Assembly: GCA_964415355.1 (NCBI GenBank)
Contig: CAYPYS010000004.1
Span: forward strand, 27,220-91,219
Origin: an uncultured Planctomycetia bacterium
Lineage (GTDB): Bacteria; Omnitrophota; Gorgyraeia; Gorgyraeales; Gorgyraeaceae
Direction: 5' to 3'
DNA: 64,000 nt
This document shows, one piece after another, positions 60,946 to 64,000 of this stretch. Every line of letters starts with the position of its first letter. Position 1 is the first letter of the stretch. The notes under the pieces are model-generated. The model had not been told where the DNA came from. It did no database searches and saw only the letters and a list, made by a program, of their open reading frames with translations. Both the position numbers and the translations under genes were made by a program.

Positions 60946-62208
60946 ATGGATAATATAATATGTGTGGTTCTTGCTGCTGGCGAAGGAACGAGGATGAAGT
61001 CAACTCTTCCAAAGGTGCTTCATCCTATCTGCGGCAGGCCAATGATCGAGTATCTGATCGAAAGCATAAATTCCATTGGTGTTAGAAAAATAATAGTTGT
61101 CGTGGGGCACAAAGCAGATCTGGTCAAAAAGAATTTGCAAGGCGTGAAATTCGTAACACAGGACAAACTGCTCGGGACCGGAGACGCTGTATCCAGGACA
61201 AAGAAGTTAATCTTGAAAGATACCAAAATCGACGCTGTTATGGTCCTCTACGGAGACGTGCCTCTTTTGAGCAGAACTACGCTAAAAAAGATCTTAGACA
61301 GGCATTTTGCAACTCGAGCCGGATGCACGCTTTTGACATCACATTTGAAGAATCCTACTGGCTATGGCCGGATTTTACGCGGCTCAAACAACAAGATCGT
61401 TAAAGTTATCGAGGAGCTCGAGGCGAGCATATATGAAAAGGTGATAGAGGAGATCAATGTCGGAGTTTATTGTTTTAGCAAAACCGCACTTTTTGATTCC
61501 CTCGGGAAGATAAAGACCGCCAATAGAAAAAATGAGAAATACCTTACAGATGCGATAGAGATTTTGGCAAAGTCGAACATCGCTATAGATTCGGTTTCTA
61601 CGGATGATCCTGAGGAATTTCTCGGGGTGAATACGCGCAATGATCTAATGCGCGCGGGCAAGGTTTTAAATAAAAGGATCATATCGAGGCTTATAGACAA
61701 AGGCGTGACCGTAATCGACCCTGATAACACCTATATTGAAGAAGGTGTCCAGATCAAAAAAGACACAATAATATATCCCTATACTTTTATAGAAAAGGGT
61801 GTTAGAATAGGTCCCGGATGTAGCATTGGCCCGCTTGCGAGGCTCAGGTCTGGCACTGTATTGGCAGACGAAGCTAGTATAGGTAATTTTGTCGAAATAG
61901 TGCGCTCCAGCATAGGTAGCCGTACCAAAATAAGACATAAATGCTATATAGGCGATACTGTGATTGGCAAAGATGTCAATGTCGGCGCTGGCACCATCAT
62001 CGCCAATTATGACGGGAAGCGCAAACATAAGACTGTCATAGAAGACTCTTGTTTTATCGGAACCGGCACGATTTTGATAGCGCCTGTAAAAATAGGCAAG
62101 GGCGCTACGACCGGTGCCGGCAGTGTTATTACCAAGAACAAAAATGTCCCTGCAGGAAAGACCGTAGTGGGCGTGCCTGCTAGGATACTCAGGAAGAAAC
62201 AGAGATAA
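60946..62208 (+). CDS. glmU: bifunctional UDP-N-acetylglucosamine pyrophosphorylase / glucosamine-1-phosphate N-acetyltransferase
   Basis: VVLAAGEGTRMKS nucleotidyltransferase motif. C-terminal left-handed beta-helix hexapeptide repeats. Start at the ATG preceded by GGAG; the track's earlier start overlaps the tRNA. Confidence 0.9.
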   Translation: MDNIICVVLAAGEGTRMKSTLPKVLHPICGRPMIEYLIESINSIGVRKIIVVVGHKADLVKKNLQGVKFVTQDKLLGTGDAVSRTKKLILKDTKIDAVMVLYGDVPLLSRTTLKKILDRHFATRAGCTLLTSHLKNPTGYGRILRGSNNKIVKVIEELEASIYEKVIEEINVGVYCFSKTALFDSLGKIKTANRKNEKYLTDAIEILAKSNIAIDSVSTDDPEEFLGVNTRNDLMRAGKVLNKRIISRLIDKGVTVIDPDNTYIEEGVQIKKDTIIYPYTFIEKGVRIGPGCSIGPLARLRSGTVLADEASIGNFVEIVRSSIGSRTKIRHKCYIGDTVIGKDVNVGAGTIIANYDGKRKHKTVIEDSCFIGTGTILIAPVKIGKGATTGAGSVITKNKNVPAGKTVVGVPARILRKKQR

Positions 62209-62241
62209 CTTTACACTTTAACGTTGTTGAAATGTAAAGTT
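62207..62241. repeat. REP/MITE-like element, copy 12 (form B)
   Basis: Overlaps the glmU TAA stop. Contains TTGAAA positioned 17 nt upstream of TATAAC ahead of prs. Confidence 0.9.
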
Positions 62242-62268
62242 AGAGCCATTATAACAAGGAGCGTATAT

Positions 62269-63207
62269 ATGAATAAGACTGCTGCTATTTTTACTGGTAA
62301 TTCCAATCCGGTGCTGACTAAAGAAATAGCCAGATGCTTGAAGATGCCTATGGGCAAGGCTTCGGTTGGGGCCTTCAGCGAGGGAGAGATAAAGGTAAAG
62401 ATAGAAGAGAATACCAGGGGCAAAGATGTCTTTGTGGTGCAGTCTACATGTCCGCCTCCAAATAGGAATCTGATGGAACTTTTGATCTTGATTGACGCGC
62501 TCAAGAGGGCATCTGCGAAGAGGATTACAGCGGTGCTGCCTTATTTTGGATATGCAAGGCAGGATCGCAAGGACCAGCCTCGCGTCCCGATCACTGCAAA
62601 ACTCGTGGCAAATCTATTGACGACTGCAGGTGCGGACAGGGTGCTGACAATAGACCTGCACGCAGGTCAGATCCAGGGATTTTTTGACATACCTTTGGAT
62701 CATTTATTTGCGATTAACGTTTTTGTAGATTATTTCAAAGAGCTCAAAGTGAAAAACATAGTGCTGGTTTCTCCTGATGTAGGAGGCATAAAGACGGCGA
62801 GGGCCTACGCAAAGAGGTTTAAAGCACCCCTGGCTATAGTTGATAAACGCAGGGTTTCGACGGATGACATAGAGGTGATGAATATATTGGGAGAGGTTAA
62901 AGGTAAAAACGTTGTAATAGTAGATGATCTCGTGGCAACTGCAGGATCTCTGGTGGAAGCTGCAAGCGCATTGAAAAAGGCCGGGGCTAAAGATATATAC
63001 GCGACTGTGACGCACGCCGTGCTTTCAGGTCCTGCAATAAAACGCATTGAAAATTCTCCTATAAAGAAGTTATTCGTGACAAACACTATTCCCGTAGAAG
63101 ACGGGAAGAAGCATAAAAAGATAAAGGTGCTTTCTATAGCACCTCTTTTGGCTGATGCAATAAAAAGGATCCACAACGAAGAGTCAGTAAGTTGTTTATT
63201 TGACTAA
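62269..63207 (+). CDS. prs: ribose-phosphate pyrophosphokinase
   Basis: RBS AAGGAG. MNKTAAIFTGNSNP.. PRPP-binding motif VVIVDDLVATAGS. Confidence 0.9.
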   Translation: MNKTAAIFTGNSNPVLTKEIARCLKMPMGKASVGAFSEGEIKVKIEENTRGKDVFVVQSTCPPPNRNLMELLILIDALKRASAKRITAVLPYFGYARQDRKDQPRVPITAKLVANLLTTAGADRVLTIDLHAGQIQGFFDIPLDHLFAINVFVDYFKELKVKNIVLVSPDVGGIKTARAYAKRFKAPLAIVDKRRVSTDDIEVMNILGEVKGKNVVIVDDLVATAGSLVEAASALKKAGAKDIYATVTHAVLSGPAIKRIENSPIKKLFVTNTIPVEDGKKHKKIKVLSIAPLLADAIKRIHNEESVSCLFD

Positions 63208-63219
63208 CTGCAAAGCCTT

Positions 63220-63254
63220 AACTTTACACTTTAACGTTGTTGAAATGTAAAGTT
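63220..63254. repeat. REP/MITE-like element, copy 13 (form B)
   Basis: Exact 35-mer, 13 nt after the prs stop. Confidence 0.9.
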
Positions 63255-63277
63255 AAGTTTAGGGGGAGTGAGAGGCA

Positions 63278-63991
63278 ATGGATTTCGTAGATCTTAATGT
63301 TAGTTTGAGAGAAGGAACAGGAAAAGAGTCCAACAAAAAGCTTAGAATCGCTGGTCTTGTCCCGGGGGTTGTTTACAAAAAAGGCGAACCCACCGCAAGC
63401 CTGAATGTGGATAGAAAGAATTTTTCAAAGGCTATTCACACTGAGGCAGGAGAGAACGTCATTATAAAACTCCATATGGACGGGGCAAAGAAGAGGAAAG
63501 AGCGTACGGTTATAATAAAAGAGATACAGAAAGATCCGGTGAAGGATCACTTTTTACATGTTGATTTTCAGGAGATCTCTTTAACCGAAACTCTTAAGGT
63601 AAAGGTGCCGATAGAAGGAAAAGGCGAAGCCATTGGCGTGAAACAGGATGGCGGCGTATTGCAACATGTGATGTGGGAGACAGAAATAGAATGTCTTCCG
63701 ACCGATATTCCTGAGAAGATAGAGGTGGATGTCGCAAATCTTAAAATCGGAGATTCGTTGCACGCGAAGGATCTGACGCCGCCTGCTGGCGTAAATATAT
63801 TGGCTGATCCTGAGGCAGTAGTGTTTAGCGTAGAACATCCTAAGACAGTCGAAGAAGCAGTTGCGGCGCCTGCAGAAGGAGAAATGACAGAGCCGGAAGT
63901 TATAAAGGAAAAGAAGGAAAAGGAAGAGGAAGCGCCGGCTGAAGAGCCTGAGAAAAAACCCGCTCCCGAGAAGAAAGAAGAAGGAAAATAA
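63278..63991 (+). CDS. rplY: 50S ribosomal protein bL25 (Ctc/general stress protein form) with Glu/Lys/Pro-rich C-terminal tail
   Basis: Conserved bL25 N-domain (LNVSLREGTGKESNKKLR..G.VPGVVY) and Ctc beta-barrel. Low-complexity tail EEKKEKEEEAPAEEPEKKPAPEKKEEGK. Confidence 0.8.
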   Translation: MDFVDLNVSLREGTGKESNKKLRIAGLVPGVVYKKGEPTASLNVDRKNFSKAIHTEAGENVIIKLHMDGAKKRKERTVIIKEIQKDPVKDHFLHVDFQEISLTETLKVKVPIEGKGEAIGVKQDGGVLQHVMWETEIECLPTDIPEKIEVDVANLKIGDSLHAKDLTPPAGVNILADPEAVVFSVEHPKTVEEAVAAPAEGEMTEPEVIKEKKEKEEEAPAEEPEKKPAPEKKEEGK

Positions 63992-64000
63992 ATCTTAACT

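Noticed and set aside
52586-62300. Several ORFs beginning MLKCKV (52586-52798 -, 55825-56022 -, 58189-58458 -, 59241-59468 -, 62224 +)
   Set aside because: All start inside a REP copy (ATGTTGAAGTGTAAAGTT translates to MLKCKV). They are artefacts of the palindromic repeat, not a protein family. The real prs start is the ATG at 62269.

Overview
This 64-kb window comes from a low-GC bacterial chromosome, probably an uncultivated lineage; the phylum cannot be determined from sequence alone. It covers the replication-origin neighbourhood (dnaA, dnaN, a DUF721/DciA-like gene, gyrB, gyrA; no recF). The window splits into two compositionally different parts.

Positions 1-30.4 kb are an AT-richer accessory biosynthetic cluster, almost all on the + strand. 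It holds:
- four separate B12-binding radical SAM enzymes (a fifth such domain sits inside the giant ORF below)
- two AsnB-type amidotransferases and a truncated N-acetyl-sugar amidotransferase
- three U32-family (UbiU/UbiV/RlhA-like) proteins
- one GT2 polyprenyl-phosphate glycosyltransferase plus three ArnT/PMT-like GT-C membrane transferases
- a five-member family of unknown polytopic membrane proteins, four of them in a translationally coupled tandem array sharing a 281-bp identical segment
- a three-member family of secreted proteins with tandem beta-sandwich-like repeats.

Positions 30.4-64 kb are GC-richer core genes: dnaA, dnaN, dciA-like, gyrB, intein-containing gyrA, a Na/Pi cotransporter with a PhoU-like partner, hisG, a TPR lipoprotein, split transketolase, ispE, spoVG, glmU, prs, and the bL25/Ctc ribosomal protein. 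This part is peppered with at least 13 copies of a 35-bp palindromic REP/MITE-like element (TAACTTTACA...TGTAAAGTTA). The element abuts or overlaps stop codons and is absent from the first 30 kb.

Other notable items:
- a full LAGLIDADG intein (438 aa) in GyrA right after the active-site Tyr
- tRNA-Glu(UUC) followed by a 2.3-kb integrated islet bounded by a 58-bp direct repeat of the tRNA 3' half, carrying arm-like direct repeats and a secreted metallo-beta-lactamase-fold gene but no integrase
- directly downstream, an uninterrupted 3410-aa multidomain ORF (B12-radical SAM + P-loop kinase-like + SAM methyltransferase + two MutS-like ATPase modules) that shares a conserved promoter/leader hairpin architecture with the islet gene
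- tRNA-Gln(UUG), two consensus promoters that look leaderless (dnaA, hisG), and small Arg/Lys-rich peptide genes.

No CRISPR array was seen. All calls come from reading the sequence and ORF translations; no database search was possible.
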